From Zygnema circumcarinatum SAG 698-1b (Eukaryota > Plantae > Zygnematophyceae): a stretch of 64,000 bases of DNA. The notes below the pieces were generated by a model. The model did not search any database. It saw only the letters and a program-made list of their open reading frames with translations, and was not told where the DNA came from. Of this stretch, positions 24,083 to 37,332 are shown piece after piece. The DNA is taken from contig CM074820.1 in NCBI GenBank assembly GCA_037447605.1, positions 1,550,001 to 1,614,000 on the forward strand, given 5' to 3'. Numbering within the stretch: the stretch's first letter is position 1; every line of letters starts with the position of its first letter. The position numbers were made by a program, and so were the translations under genes.

Positions 24083-26024
24083 CGTGTACAGAGGGAGGGA
24101 GGGAAGGGGGAGAGGGGGACTGGGTAGTGGGAGAGGGGGAGAGAAGGGGGAGGTGGGGCGAAGGATGGGGTACGGAGAGAGAGGGGTCGGATGGAGATAG
24201 GTCGCCGTTCAGGAGGAGGGAGGAAGCGTGGAGTAAAGGGGGGAAGTGAGGGAAAGAGGGAGAATGGGAAGGTTGGGGAGCGGGAGGGAGAAGAGGAGTC
24301 ATGAAGTTGGGATTAGAAGGGACAGGAATACGGATACAAAACCCAGTAGGGGGGAGAGAAACGAAGCGAGCGAGCGAGAGAGAGAGAGAGTGAGAGATAG
24401 AGGGAGTGATGCGGAAGAGAGTGTTGGGGATAAGGACAGAGAGAAGACGGAGAGAGGAGAGAGAGAGAGGGGAAGAGATGTCCTTGGAGGGGAAGAGGTG
24501 GACGGAGGACGATGGAGGAGATAGGAGAGCTGGGATTGGGGGGGGGAGGGGAGAAAGGGAGGAAGCGAGAGGGGGGAGAGAAAAATGAGGAAGGACAGCT
24601 GGAGAGGGAGCAGAGGACGGAGAGAGAGAGAGAGAGATTGTAGGAAGGATGGAGAAATGGGCGTAAGGGAGTGTAGGGAGGGAGATGGCTTACAGACAGG
24701 AGGATTTCCCATATTGAATGCCAAAGATGTTACCCTTGCCATGTTAATTTTTTGTACCCCAATTAATTCTAAAATATTTACGATTTCATTTTTAAACCTG
24801 AATGTTATTTGCATCCATCCGTTCATACCCCCTACAATCCAGTTACATGTTCTACAGTTCAGTTCAAATGCGACGGAAATAGTCCTCAAACTGCATGTGA
24901 ACGGCCCGCAGGTCAGGCCCGTTGCCAGTAACAGCCCAATAGCACATGGAGCCTCCTCCCATTATCGCCGCCGCCGCCAGCTGACCGAGGTGACAAGGGC
25001 TGACCAAAATTCCGGTCAATTTGGTCAGAATGTCGGTGGTGACAACGAGGACGACCTGTCCCCAAAAACTGTTTCGATCACACGTGTCACAGACGGCCCA
25101 TATCTCGTTTCGAACGAATCCGACGGCCACCGACAGTTTGTTTTCACACGCGAGGAAAATTCGAATGGCGACGCGCCGCGATGACTTTCTCCAGGGAGTC
25201 GAATCTGGTCAATCGTTTTCAGAATCTTGACTTTCTTGGACTTGACGCGAATCTCTCGCCACGTGGCGGAGTCAGATTTGAGTTCCTTAGTGGCAACTTG
25301 CCACTGGCAAGTTGCTCTTGAGACTGCCACGTGGACATCAATGTCGGTGGTACACAAACGGGCAGCATTGAAGCGTTTCAAAACGTTTCAGCTGAGCATG
25401 AGTCCTGAAGTGTAGAATGTTACATTTCTGCTTACACTCTCTAAAACCTAAATATTTTTTTTGTCCGGCAGGGCACTCCGTACGGTACCGACATCGTCAG
25501 CCGCCCACTTCAATGAAGCTTGCCACTGAGACAGTGTCAGCCAATCACTAGCCGCCACGCTACCCGATTCCAAGTTTCCAGGACAGTGCTCGTCAATAAT
25601 TTCGTTGGTGCGGGCGGCCGTCCGTATTACCAGCCGGCACTTGCGGAAAACGTTTCGTCGCACGTGCGCCGACAGGTGCACTCGTCATGCTTTTCATTAT
25701 TTTAAATAGCGCCTCCCTCTGCAAATGCACCTTCGTTATCCTCCGTCTCCCTCTCCCTCTCCCTCTCCCTCTCCCTCTCCCTCTGCCTCTGCCTCTCCCT
25801 CTCCCTCTCCCTCCCCCTCCGCCTCTCCTCTCCGTCTCCCTCTCCGTCTCCCTCTCCCTCTGCCTCTTCCTCTCCCACTCCCTCTCCCTGTGTTTCTCCC
25901 GTATTTTCCTCCACAATTTTACCCTTTCCCTCCCTGTCCCCTACATTTCCTTCCCCTTCCCCACACCTCTCTCTATCTCCCTCACCGCCTGCACGCCCTC
26001 ATCCCTCGCCTCCAACCGGCGACC

Positions 26025-29000
26025 ATGGAACGGCGCGATCCGTGTAAAGCAGTTTTGGCAGCGGGTCTCTCCATGGCTGCACTCTTGCTGAGCTGCCACG
26101 TGGCAGTCGTACAGGGTGCCACGCCTGGGCCCGTACATGGCACGGACGTATACGTGTCGCCGTGCCCCGTTCCGCCGGAAGGCTGTACGGCCTCTGCCCC
26201 CGCCCACGCAACGCTTTACAGAACTGCGGCCGTCATGAGCCACGCGTCCATCAGCACTGCTCCAAATACTGTTCATTTATCTTTTTTTTAAATAAAAAAG
26301 AGCCACATTCTTCCTTTTTCAAACAATGAATTGGTTTTCTCTTTGTGTTGGTGCCACGCAGCCTACAAGCTTTGGAGCGACACTGCCACGTGGCCCAATA
26401 AGGTGGTGCCTGGTGTCGGTGCCAAGAAGGGCATCAACGTGACGATCCCCTGCGGCGTCGCAGTCCTCCTCGACCTCCCCGAACTCGACCTCGGGATTCT
26501 CCGAATCCAGGGCCACCTCAGGTAATCTGACCCCCCCCCCCCAAATCCGATCCCCAGAATCTAAACAAGAATCCCAGATCTCCCCCCCTCTTCCAGATTC
26601 TTTCCGCTCATCTCGCCACGTGTCGGGCGGCTACAGGTTCAAGGACAGCCCCTCCCTCCCCAAGATCTACGTGAGAGCGCGCCACGTGTTGGTGGAGGGC
26701 AAGCTCTCGATTGGGACCCCCGCGCAGCACTTCGCCCAAAGGGCCGCGATCGAGCTGACGCCCTCGCCCGCCCGCGCACCTCTCCTCTTCACTTCCTTTG
26801 CCCCCGCGAGCCCCGCCTTCCCCCGGGACCTCGGCCACAAGGCCTTTGCCGTGGTACGCAGTTACCGTATCCGTTCCGTTCCCGTTCCGTTTCCGTCCCG
26901 TTCTCTCCCGTTCCGTTCCCTCCCGTTCCGTTCCGTTCCCTCCCGCTCCCTCCCGTTCCCTCCCGTTCTCTCCCGTGCTGTTCCGTTCCGTTGCCGTTCC
27001 GTTTTGTTTCCGTTCCGTTTTGTTTCCGTTCCGTTTTGTTCCCGTTCCGTTTTGTTTCCGTTCCGTTTTGCTTCCGTTCCGTTTTGTTTGCGTTTCAGTT
27101 CCGTTGCACTGTGTTCCATGTCGTTTACAATTGGGGTTCGTGCGCAGGTCGGCGGGCAGGTGGACCTCCATGGCATGCCGGGAGGCAGCATGACGCCATC
27201 ATGGTGTCAGCTGAAGAAGACTGCGAAGGTGAATGACGTCAGCATTCTCGTGGACAACCCCCTTGCTGCCAGCTGGCCCATCGGAGGGCTGGTCGTGGTG
27301 GCGAGCACCGACTACAGCTATTTGGAGTCGGAGCAGCGCGTCATCAAGGCCGGTAAACCCCTAAAACCCCAAATACCCGAAAATTCAAAACTTGAAAGTT
27401 TCCAAAAATAAACCGTTCAAAAACTCCCCCATCCACAACCCCAACAACCCCAAAACCCCAAAAACCCAAAAGCCCCACAACCTTAAAAAAAGGAAGAGGG
27501 TCCAGTCCAAGCTGGGCTCTGAACCCTGGAGGGGGCAATGACCCGAACCCTGGGCGGTGGGTGCAGTGGCCACCACCTCCCAAGGAGTAGTGCTCACTCT
27601 CAACTCCCCCCTGCGCTACAACCACCAGGGGGTGCTCGTAGCGGACGGAATGGGCGGCTCTGTGGACCAGCGAGGGGAGGTTCTGCTCCTCACACGACAC
27701 ATTCTCATCACAGGGACCGACGAGCCAGAACCTTACAGACTCGATGGTGACACTTCTCCCTTCCCCTCTCCCTCCCCCTCCCCTCTCCCTCCCCCTCTCT
27801 CTCCCCCTCTCCCTCCCCCACTCCCTCCCCCCACCCTCCCCCTCTCCCTCCCCCACTCTCTCCCCCTCTCCCTCCCCCACTCTCTCCCCCTCTCCCTCCC
27901 CCACTNNNNNNNNNNCCCCTCTCCCTCCCCCACTCTTTCCCCCTCTCCCTCCCCCTCTCTCTTCCCCTCTCCCTCCCCCTCTCCCTCCCCCTCTCTTTCC
28001 CCCTCTCCCTCCCCCTCCTCCCCCTCTCCCTGCACCTCTCCTTCCTCCCTCTGCGCCTCTCTCTCCCACTCTCATGCATGCAAACGAGTTGAGCATATCG
28101 GAGTTTGATACCTGATTCACTGTTGTGGTTCAGGCGGGCACTTCATAATATACCAAACGGCCATTCCGCAGTACATTGAGGGCGTTGAGTTTTACAAGTT
28201 GGGGAAACAGGGCTCTCTCGGCCGCTACAGCATCCATTTCCATGTGGTGGGAAGGACCCCCAATTCAGTGTGCCGCAAAAACTCCATTCACCAGAGCAAG
28301 CAAGTGGGTCTCCCTTTTCTTTCCCTCACTTTCTCTCCCACTGTCCCTTCTCCCATCGCTCCTCCCTCTCCCTATTTCCTTCCTTTTTGTTTTTCCCCCT
28401 CTCCTGTCGCCTTCCCCGGCCTACTCTCCTCTTTTTCTTCCTCGTTCCTCCCTTCCCTCCCGTCATCCCTCCTATCTCCACATTTTTCCCTCTCTCTACT
28501 TCCACTCCTCCCTCTGCCCACTTTACCTCTCCTCCCCCTCTCACTCCGTTCTCTCTCTCTATACACGTGGCAGCGGTGCATTGTGGTGCACGCAACGCAC
28601 CAACTTCAAGTTGAGCGAAATGTGGCGTTCAACACAAGCGGACATTGCTTCGCCCTTGAAGAGGGGGGAGAGCAGAACAACACCTTCCTCGCCAATGTGG
28701 GAGTCAGCACGCTGCCAGGTCAGACAGAGAGAGAGGAGGGGGGGGGGAGGGAGAGAGTGGGAGAGAGAGAAAGAGAAGAAAAGCAGAATGAAAATAAGAA
28801 AAAAGCGAAAAAGAAAAGAAAGAAAAAAAGAAGAAAGAAAAAAAAAACTCTACGCTTAGCTGCGCTTAAGCGTAGAGTGCTCTGTTCGGCCAGAATTGAC
28901 AAAGTTATTAAAAATGACAAATTGGCTTTCAATAGCGGACAAGCTAATTGACTAATTTGACCTCAAAACGGTCTCGTTTTTCTTTGTTTTTATGGTGTGT

Positions 29001-32000
29001 GTGACAGCGATCAACCTTATTCCCGGGTTCACAGATAATGCCCCCTCCACCCTTTGGATCAGCGCCCCTTCAAATACGTTCCTGTACAATCGCGCCGTCG
29101 GATCCCTTGACTCCGGGTGAGTCAGAGCAGCTATTACTTATTTTTTTTATAGTATTATTTTCTTTTCAGAGCAGCATTCATTCATTCAAGCAAGTTTTTC
29201 ATCGTTGATGCTGCAAACCCTCCCAGATGCTCCCAATTTCTCGATCAAATTTCGTACACAACTTCCCCTCACCAAATCCCTTTGTCTCTCTCTCACTCTC
29301 GTTGTCTCCTCTCTCTCGCTCTCTCCTCTCTCTTGCTCTCTCCTCTCTGTCGCTCTCTCCTCTCTTTCGCTCTCTCCTCTCTCTCGCTCTCTCCTCTCAC
29401 TCGCTCTCTCCTCTCTCTCGCTCTCTCCTCTCTCTTGCCGCTTCTCTCTCCCTTTCTCTCTCGTTCTCATTTTGTCTTTTGTCCACCTCAGCATCTGGTT
29501 GGAAGCTAGAACGAAGGTGAGAGGAATGACTCTCGACATTCCGGAGTTAGCTTCAATACGACCCTCATCGACCCCTCTTCTGAAGTTCATCGGAAATGTA
29601 GCGCACTCCTGCCACGCAATGGGAATGAAGACATATCCTGATGGCTATAAGCCGCCAAAACCGCTGCCTGGGGTAAGAGGTTGAAAACAAGAAGAAAATA
29701 ATCAGAGTGACAAGAAAATAAGAAGTTGACTTATTATGATAATAGTTAATTTAAAAAAAGAAAAAAAAAAAAAAAAACGGCCACACAGATCAGCTCTAAG
29801 ACAATGTTGGGCTGTGGAGGTGGGATTGACAGAATGAAGGAAGCCATTTCAAGGACTGCCTCATATACAAAAATGCAGTGCAGGGGTAAGGCCGTGACGT
29901 GACTGCCCTTCCTTCTCCACTTCTCCCCTCACTCGTCTTCTCTATCTCAACTTCCCCCTCCTTCTGTGGCTGCAAGTCGAGAGAATTTGCTTTCCACCCC
30001 TTCTCTCTCTCTTCCCCCCTCCAAAACTCTGACTCTCTCCACTCTCTCCCACTCTAACGCATTCCTTTTTCATACTCTTGTACGTGTAGAGTGTTCGTAC
30101 ATTTGACGGGCTCTATTATCATTTCGGGAACCTTCGCTGACAACTTCAACAGCATAGTTCTGCTTGAAAGTTACGCCGTAACCATAAAAAACTCGAGATT
30201 CATTGGTCGCACTGCAAACTTCGGAACTCCGGAAGGATGTTATGACGTGGACAAACGCGGGTGGTATCTGAAATGTCGGCCCATTTCTGGATGCCAGTAA
30301 GGAACCCTAAAAATCTTTATTTCCCCCTTTATTTTAGGGTTTAGGGCTTTAGGATTCTGTGGTTTTCAAGCTTCTACGGGTTCAGAATGTAATGACGATT
30401 CTTCTGCTGAGGGAGGGGAGAGGGAAAGGATGATTCTCACAACAACAGTACGATATTTATTTCTATATGAGATATTGATCTTAAAATGTGATGAAGGGTG
30501 GTGCAGGATGCCGCTGCCACGTGGCACTCCGGGACGAACCCAGAGCGGGTTCTTAACAGATATATTCGCGGGAGTTGCGATCAGTCAGGAGCGAAAAATG
30601 AACAATCATCTCTCTCCCAACCAAATCATGGCGTCCAAGTACGTGTTTAAGTCCCTACCTATGCTTCTGTGTCTGATCGGGAAAAATCTTCAGTTAAGTG
30701 CGGGTAAAGGTTAGACTTCTCTCCAGATCTTCCACGGCATTATCAGCAGCATAGAGTGTTCTTGAAAGTATAAGAATCAAAAGCCCTCCCTTCAACAGGG
30801 GGAGTGTGAGGAAAAGTTTAAGTTTCTCATGCAAATTTGACATATGCCATCTCCCACATTGACAGTTTACCACCTTGCCTCTTTTACAGCTTCTCCAACT
30901 TCAACTACGAGTGCAGCCGCCCGGGAACCACTGCCGGCATCATTGTAATTCCGACTGCTTTCGTTCCCGGGGACTCCTTCAACCCGCACTTCAGTGTTAG
31001 CGTGAGCCTCTCTCTCTCTGTCTCTCTGTCTGTGTCTCTCTCTCTCTCGCTCTCTCTCTGTCTGTCTCTCTCTCTCTCTCTCTTTAATAGTTTAGCTCAA
31101 CCCACATCCTGAATACATTTTTTTGTCAAGAAAATTTCATAACACGTCTGACGAAGTCACTCCAAACGAACGACACGACCAAGTCTCCATTTTATCACAA
31201 AATCACTAAATCACAAAATCACCGCATCGTCACATCATGTCCTATTGCTTGCAAAAATAGTTTGCGATTGATCCAAAACCAAACCTTCTGTTTCCTCGTT
31301 TGTTGCAGGGCTTGAAGTTTTTCACCAATAGCAACCCAGTCTGGTTTCCGCCCCAAGTCTCTTTCACTTTGGTGAGCCATACAACCCTCTAAATGCTTGA
31401 GGGCCTGCTCATGAGGGTCCCACAAACCTGAACTAAGTACCAACAATCTGACCCTATTTTTTCCTCTTTATTGGCTCCAATACTCTGAGTTGCAGCCCTC
31501 CAACGTCAGCAGAAATTCCGGTGAAGTTTCAAGCCGATATGTAATCCAAGACCTTGACGGCAGCATCATGGGCAAGCCGGGTTCCCTTGTTGCAAATAAC
31601 CCTAATCTCACCAAACCTGGCACAAATGCATGCAAATTTCTTCCCACCTCCAACGCCTTCGCCTGTGAGGGTTCTTGCTACCGCAGCCTTCGCATCTTCT
31701 ATTTGGAGCCCGGATTCCAAAATAAGAAAGCCAACACGAACAAGGTGGGGGATTTCAGGTAAAATTTCGAAACCCTAAACCCCGAACATCCAAACGCCCT
31801 AAAGTGTTAAAACTCGAACAAAGGACTAACAAGCTGACTGACTGTTTATCTCTCTCTCTCTGCCTGTTGCTTGCAGCTATTTGAGGGTTACGCGCATCAG
31901 CGATGGAAAAGTGCTTGAAAGTCAAGGAAACTTGAACGATATGAGGAATAGTGGCACTGTACCAGAGCGAATTTTTACGATGAATCTTTTGGCAGGGCAG

Positions 32001-33838
32001 ACCTACGTCATTGCAGTTGTTCCTTCAAAAGCGAACCCTTCCTTTAACCCCGCACTCCTAAAACTTTTCTACTTGGATGCTCCGAACTCCTGCACTGTCC
32101 CGCTTTCCGTGCGCATTCAGCCTCCCTCCAATACAAGCATGCAATATTTCGCCCAAGAAGATTCGCTCACCGGTTTCTGGAGGTACACTTGATTGCTAGG
32201 GTTTTTTCTTCACTTTTAGTTGCTTAGAAAATAAGAGTTTTAGGAGATCAGTGTGTGTACATATGTGTGCTGCATGCATGTTTCAAGTGGATGGTTGCTA
32301 TTGATGCTTTGAAGAAGTTCGTTGGAGTTGTGCGCATGCTTAACTTGCATTCGGTTTTTAGGGGTTTTTAGGGTTTTTAGGGTTTGGCGCTGCAAGCATA
32401 TTTCGTTTCTGTGATCCTAACTAACCTGCGGAGTTGTGAGTGTGAATGAATTTTCAGAATGTGCAATGGAGGAACGCCCCGTCCTGTAAATTCAGATTTG
32501 GCGCAATATTCGTTCACTTGTGTGAACGCAAAGGCCTTTCTGGAAGTTCTGCTGCCAACATATTACGATCAGAAAATCACTATTCTCGCAAAAACGAGTT
32601 CCCAGACCTGCCCAAGTTATATGTAAGTTCCAGAATCGAAAAATCCCGAAAATCACTTAGAAACCCTAAAAACTTGATTGAGTAGAAAGCACCGCCTTCA
32701 TGAGAATCTACAAAGACGAGGAAGGGCATTCGAGTCGAATTTTTTATTGTGTCAATCAAAGAATCACTCAATTTTTTTCGTGTATTTTGAAGATTTTTAG
32801 TTTATTCGGAGTGAATTCAGTCTTGGCAAGTAATGGACTCGCTTCAGAACTGAAGTTATGTATTTTTCTGAAATTTGAGGGTTTTGTATGCGGGTTTTGG
32901 CGTGAGCAGCACATGCAGCCTCCTTTGGGACAGGGAGGCCGGCTGGTTGTGGGATGCTTCCGGTCTGAATCGACCGGGCTTCCAGCTCCCCAACTCTTCT
33001 ACTACAAATTTCAATAAAACTGGAATTCCACCATTTGGCTATAACAACGGTATCGACCTTCACCTGAAACTTGAAAAATTTCAGAACGTTTTGGTAAACA
33101 ATGTTCAGTTTTTATTTCAGAACCATAACTCCAGATCTTAGTCTGAAACGGAGCCATTGCAAGCTTTGGATATGTAAAAGCTGTCTTCATTCTCTCTTTG
33201 TGACCATTGTGAACAGTGGCGAACGGGTTCTACAAACTGCCCAAGCCCTCCCCCTCCCTGGTCACCTACTACTTCCGCAAGACGTTCTCCGTCGCGGACC
33301 CCGCCTGCTTCGCCTCTCTGTACCTGCAGCTGTTCGTCAAGGACGGCTGCGTGCTGTACCTCAACGGCGCCGAGTTCTTCCGCTACAACATGCCGCCGGG
33401 CCCCGTCAACAACAGCACGTTGGTGAGCGCTCGCTCTAGTGAACCTCTCTACATGTAATGTTGCAATGTCGGCATTGCCATCAGACCCATCAGGTAAATG
33501 ACAAATTATCGATTGGAATTTCATGATGTGGGTTGCAGACATTGTCCATTCATGAGCATTCATTCATGGCCTAGAGCTTGTTTGTTTGTTCGTTGGTTTT
33601 TGTTGGTGCATGTGCGTGCATGCAGGCGGCCCAGGCCGGGCAGTGGCGAACATGGACCTCCTTCACCCTGGCGGCCCCCCCGGCCCTGCGCGCGGGGCTG
33701 GCCACGTTCGCGGCGGAAGTGCACGTCACGAGCGCGCGCTCCGCGCAGGTCTCCTTCGACGCGCGCCTCTTCGCGCGCCGCCGGTACGGCACGCCCTCCT
33801 TCCCTCCCTCGCTCGTATCTCGATACGATATAGAATAA
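26025..33838 (+). CDS. Secreted G8-domain protein of CEMIP/TMEM2/fibrocystin-L type (G8 + parallel beta-helix) with a C-terminal bacterial-type beta-sandwich domain; 3' end uncertain
   Basis: Signal peptide MERRDPCKAVLAAGLSMAALLLSCHVAVVQG; G8 motif LWSDTATWPNKVVP...VTIPCGVAVLLD...LRIQGHL; then VVVASTDY, EVLLLTRHILITG, GKQGSLGRYSIHFH, RCIVVHATH...VERNVAFNTSGHCFALEEGGE, PSTLWISAPSN; C-terminal PPFGYNN, TYYFRKTFSVAD...KDGCVLYLNGAEFFRYNMPPGPV, FAAEVHV...VSFDARL. Confidence 0.88.
26866..27100. repeat. (CCGTT)n / (CCGTTTTGTTT)n microsatellite filling a G8-gene intron
   Basis: Tandem gttcc and ccgttttgttt units between the GT donor (~26855) and the AG acceptor (~27147). Confidence 0.85.
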
Positions 33839-33884
33839 GATACGCGGTACAGTATCGCCAAGGTTACAATATCGTACTCGGTAC

Positions 33885-35185
33885 AGCATCTCACATAGCA
33901 CAGTATCGTCAACGATATAGTATCGCCAACGATATAGTATCTCCAACGATGTAGTATCGCTAGCGATATAGTATCGCTAGCGATATAGTATCGCTAACGA
34001 TATAGTATCGATAACGATATAGTATCGCTAACGATATAGTATCGCTAACGATATAGTATCGCTAACGATATAGTATCGCTAACGATATAGTATCGCTAAC
34101 GATATAGTATCGCTAACGATATAGTATCGCTAACGATATAGTATCGCTAACGATATAGTATCGCTAACGATATAGTATCTCTAACGATATAGTATCGCTA
34201 ACGATATAGTATCTCAAACGATATAGTATCGCAAACAATATAGTATCGGCATTGATATAGTATCGCCAACAACATAGTATCGCCAAAGATATAGTATCGC
34301 AAACGATATAGTATCGGAGACAATATAGTATCTTCAACGATATAATACCGCCAACCATATTGTATCGCCAACGATGTAGTATCGTCAATGATATAGTATC
34401 GCAAACGGTACAGTATCGCCAACGATGTAGTATCGCCAACGATGTAGTATCGCCAACGATGTAGTATCGCCAACGATATATTATTGCCAACGATGTAGTA
34501 TCGTCAATGATACAGTATCGCAAACGGTACAGTATCGCCAACGATGTAGTATCACCAACGATGTAGTATCGCCAACGATATGGTATCGCCAATGATATAG
34601 TATCGCAAACGATATAGTATCTGCAACGATATAGTATCGTCAGCGATATTATATCTCCAACGATATAGTATAGTCAACGATATGGTATCGCCAATGATAT
34701 AGTATCGCAAACGATATAGTATTAGCGTCGATATAGTATTGCTAACGATATAGTATCTCTTACGATATAGTATCGTTTACGATATTGTACCTCTGACGAT
34801 ATAGTATCTTCAGCATCGCCAACGATATAGTATCTAAAAAGATATAGTATCTCTGACGATATAGAAACTGTGACGATATAGAATCTCTCACGATATAGTA
34901 TCGCATACGATATAGTATCGCTAGCGATATAGTATCGCTAGCGATATAGTATCGCTAACGATATAGTATCGCTAACGATATAGTATCGCTAACGATATAG
35001 TATCGATAACGATATAGTATCGCTAACGATATAGTATCGCTAACGATATAGTATCTTCAGCATCGCCAACGATATAGTATCTGCAACGATATAGTATCTC
35101 AAACGATATAGTATCTGCAACGATATAGTATCGATAACGATATAGTATCGCTAGCGATATAGTATCGCATACGATATAGTATCGG
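33885..35185. repeat. Tandem array of 17-bp self-complementary units (consensus CGATATAGTATCGCTAA), roughly 75 copies
   Basis: Perfect blocks at ~34020-34165 and ~34945-35050 with diverged units elsewhere. CGATA and TATCG are reverse complements. Confidence 0.95.
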
Positions 35186-35241
35186 TGCTGATTATAATAT
35201 CGTGACCGATACAATATCCGGCTGGGCGGGGCGGCGCTAAT

Positions 35242-35785
35242 GCAGGGCCGTCTGCGGGGGCGCTGCAACTCCCTAAAATTTGGAGGCGCTTCTTTCTGTC
35301 CGGGCAGGAAGCTCTGCCTGCCGTAAGTCCTCACACACATGCATACAAATAATAAGAAAATGCGACTTTTTTCGCTTTTTTCCTTATGATTTAGTCGGCT
35401 GCGAGTGTATTTTATGTTTTTCAAACAAGAAAATAAAACCTGTATTTTATGTTATGTTATCTCCAAGTAAAACTTTTTTTCTTACGATTTAGTCGACCGC
35501 GAGTGTATTTTATGTTTTTCAAACAAGAAAATAAAACTTGTATTTTATGTTATGTTATCTCCACCTAAAATGGAACCATTGATATAAAAATTATTGTATT
35601 TACTTTCTCCTTAGGTCCTTTGCGACCAGTTCCTCGTGGTTCCCCATGATGCTGCTTTTGTCCATGTACATTTGATGGCCTCGCCATCGTGAGATCAATA
35701 CCACACCTCTTCAATTGCATTCACTTTCAAGAACAGCGAAGCCTACCAACATGGGCCTAGAAACTTGCATCCAAGCGGTCCTTGA
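35242..35785. mobile_element. Possible decayed non-autonomous DNA element (starts CAGGGCCGTC), with an internal ~100-bp direct duplication and the dispersed 90-bp repeat
   Basis: CAGGGCC-type 5' end; duplicated gcgagtgtattttatgtttttcaaacaagaaaataaaac...atctcca at ~35400 and ~35500. The 3' TIR match is poor and no TSD is visible. Confidence 0.35.
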
Positions 35786-36105
35786 CGAAGGAATATTGCA
35801 AAAGCCTGAATTCACTGCCCACCCTCGTTTCTCTCTTTCATAAACAGCGACTCTCATCGCGTACATTACATACTTTGCAAAGGAAACAACAAACGAATGA
35901 ACAAATTTTTGACCTTCGTACCGAACAGTAGGAAAAGTTAAAGAAGGGGATAGAACACTGTTGTGAAATTTATTCCTTGCTTTAGCTCATTTTAGACCCC
36001 CACTCCCCACTCCCCTCCTCCTTCCCCCTCCCTTCCCACTCCCATTCATACATGAGAGCAATCGAACTGCAATTAAAACTGGCCTGAATCAAGAAGCGTT
36101 TTCTC

Positions 36106-37291
36106 CTATTCAAGGACATATTTCCTTTCCAACACTCTCCGAATGCCGGCGACCACATCTTTGAAAGCTGGAAGTTCACCTTCCGCTAAGCGCGAAAAGG
36201 TCTGCATGTAACCGCGTTTCCGTTCAGTTTCAGTAACACAACAAGCACAACCCTAAACATAGAAACCCCCAAATTCCAAAATCCCAACACTTGCAAATCA
36301 CGAGAAACCCTTAACTTTTGAACCCTGAAAACCCTAAAGACCTGAAAACTGTAAGTCTCACAACTCTAAAACCGGCTTTAAAGCTTAACGAATGAAACCA
36401 AAAAATGCGACCAGAAATTCGTGAATGAAAATTCGTAAAATCCACGAATGCAATGGCTGGCTGCGAAACATGAAAGCATGGAACACGGAACTTACCAAAA
36501 ATCCGTCACAGTAAATTTCGAAGGCCCCCGTATCAAACAGCATAGAACTGACGTATCTTCCTCCAATCATAACAAAGCCAATAGTGGCTAAGCGATTTCT
36601 TCTAAGAAAATCGATAAAAAAGGGAACCTGCTCTACTCCGAAAGATTGGAGAACTCCCGAACCCATGAGAGCCGTTAAGATTGTAAGAGTCTGCAAAAAA
36701 TCAAAGGCTTAAAAGAATTAATAATAAATTTGAAGAAACAATAGATAGACTTGTTTGAAGGACAGCTGAATAACATTTAAAGTATCTCGACAGCTGAATA
36801 ACATTTAAAGTATCTCATTTTGCTATTGTTATATTCGATTTCTGATCCTCTCTCTCTCCCTCGCTCTCTTTCACCGCACTTGTCCTCTCCCTCATCCTCA
36901 TGCTCTCCTTAGTGTCCCTCCGTCGCTTCCTCTCACTCCCATTGGGCCTCTCCCTCCTTCGCGAGAATGTCGAGAGAGAGAATGAAGAAATGGGAAAGCA
37001 GGAAAAACACAGATTGATGTGGACCTCAGAAACGGAGGGAGAGAGAGGGAGGCAGGAGAGGAGTGAGAGAGTGAGGGGGAGAGAGTGAGAGAGAGAGACC
37101 TGCAGGACCGAGAGTAGCTGCGCTGCCACCTGGCGCCCCTCGGGTGGTGTGTACGGCCCAACGCTGATTGGCGCGTTCGGAAAATTTTGCTCCAAAACTT
37201 TTTTCATCTCCTCTGCGAGAGCTCTGCCGCGCTGCCAGTCAAAGTAAATGAAAGAAATAAATAATAGGGAGAAAGAGATAGTTAGAGAGAG

Positions 37292-37332
<41 letters not shown>

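Noticed and set aside
24585-25184. 199-aa + strand ORF with a possible acceptor at ~24856
   Set aside because: No recognisable domain and no linkable neighbouring exons; cannot be supported without RNA data.
33885-35185. Possible CRISPR array
   Set aside because: Units are contiguous 17-mers with no unique spacers, no cas genes are nearby, and the context is eukaryotic.
34164-35424. ORFs reading AILYRWRYYIV repeatedly
   Set aside because: Translations of the 17-bp array.
36761-36816. Perfect 28-bp tandem duplication in a SelT intron
   Set aside because: An ordinary local duplication with no evident function.
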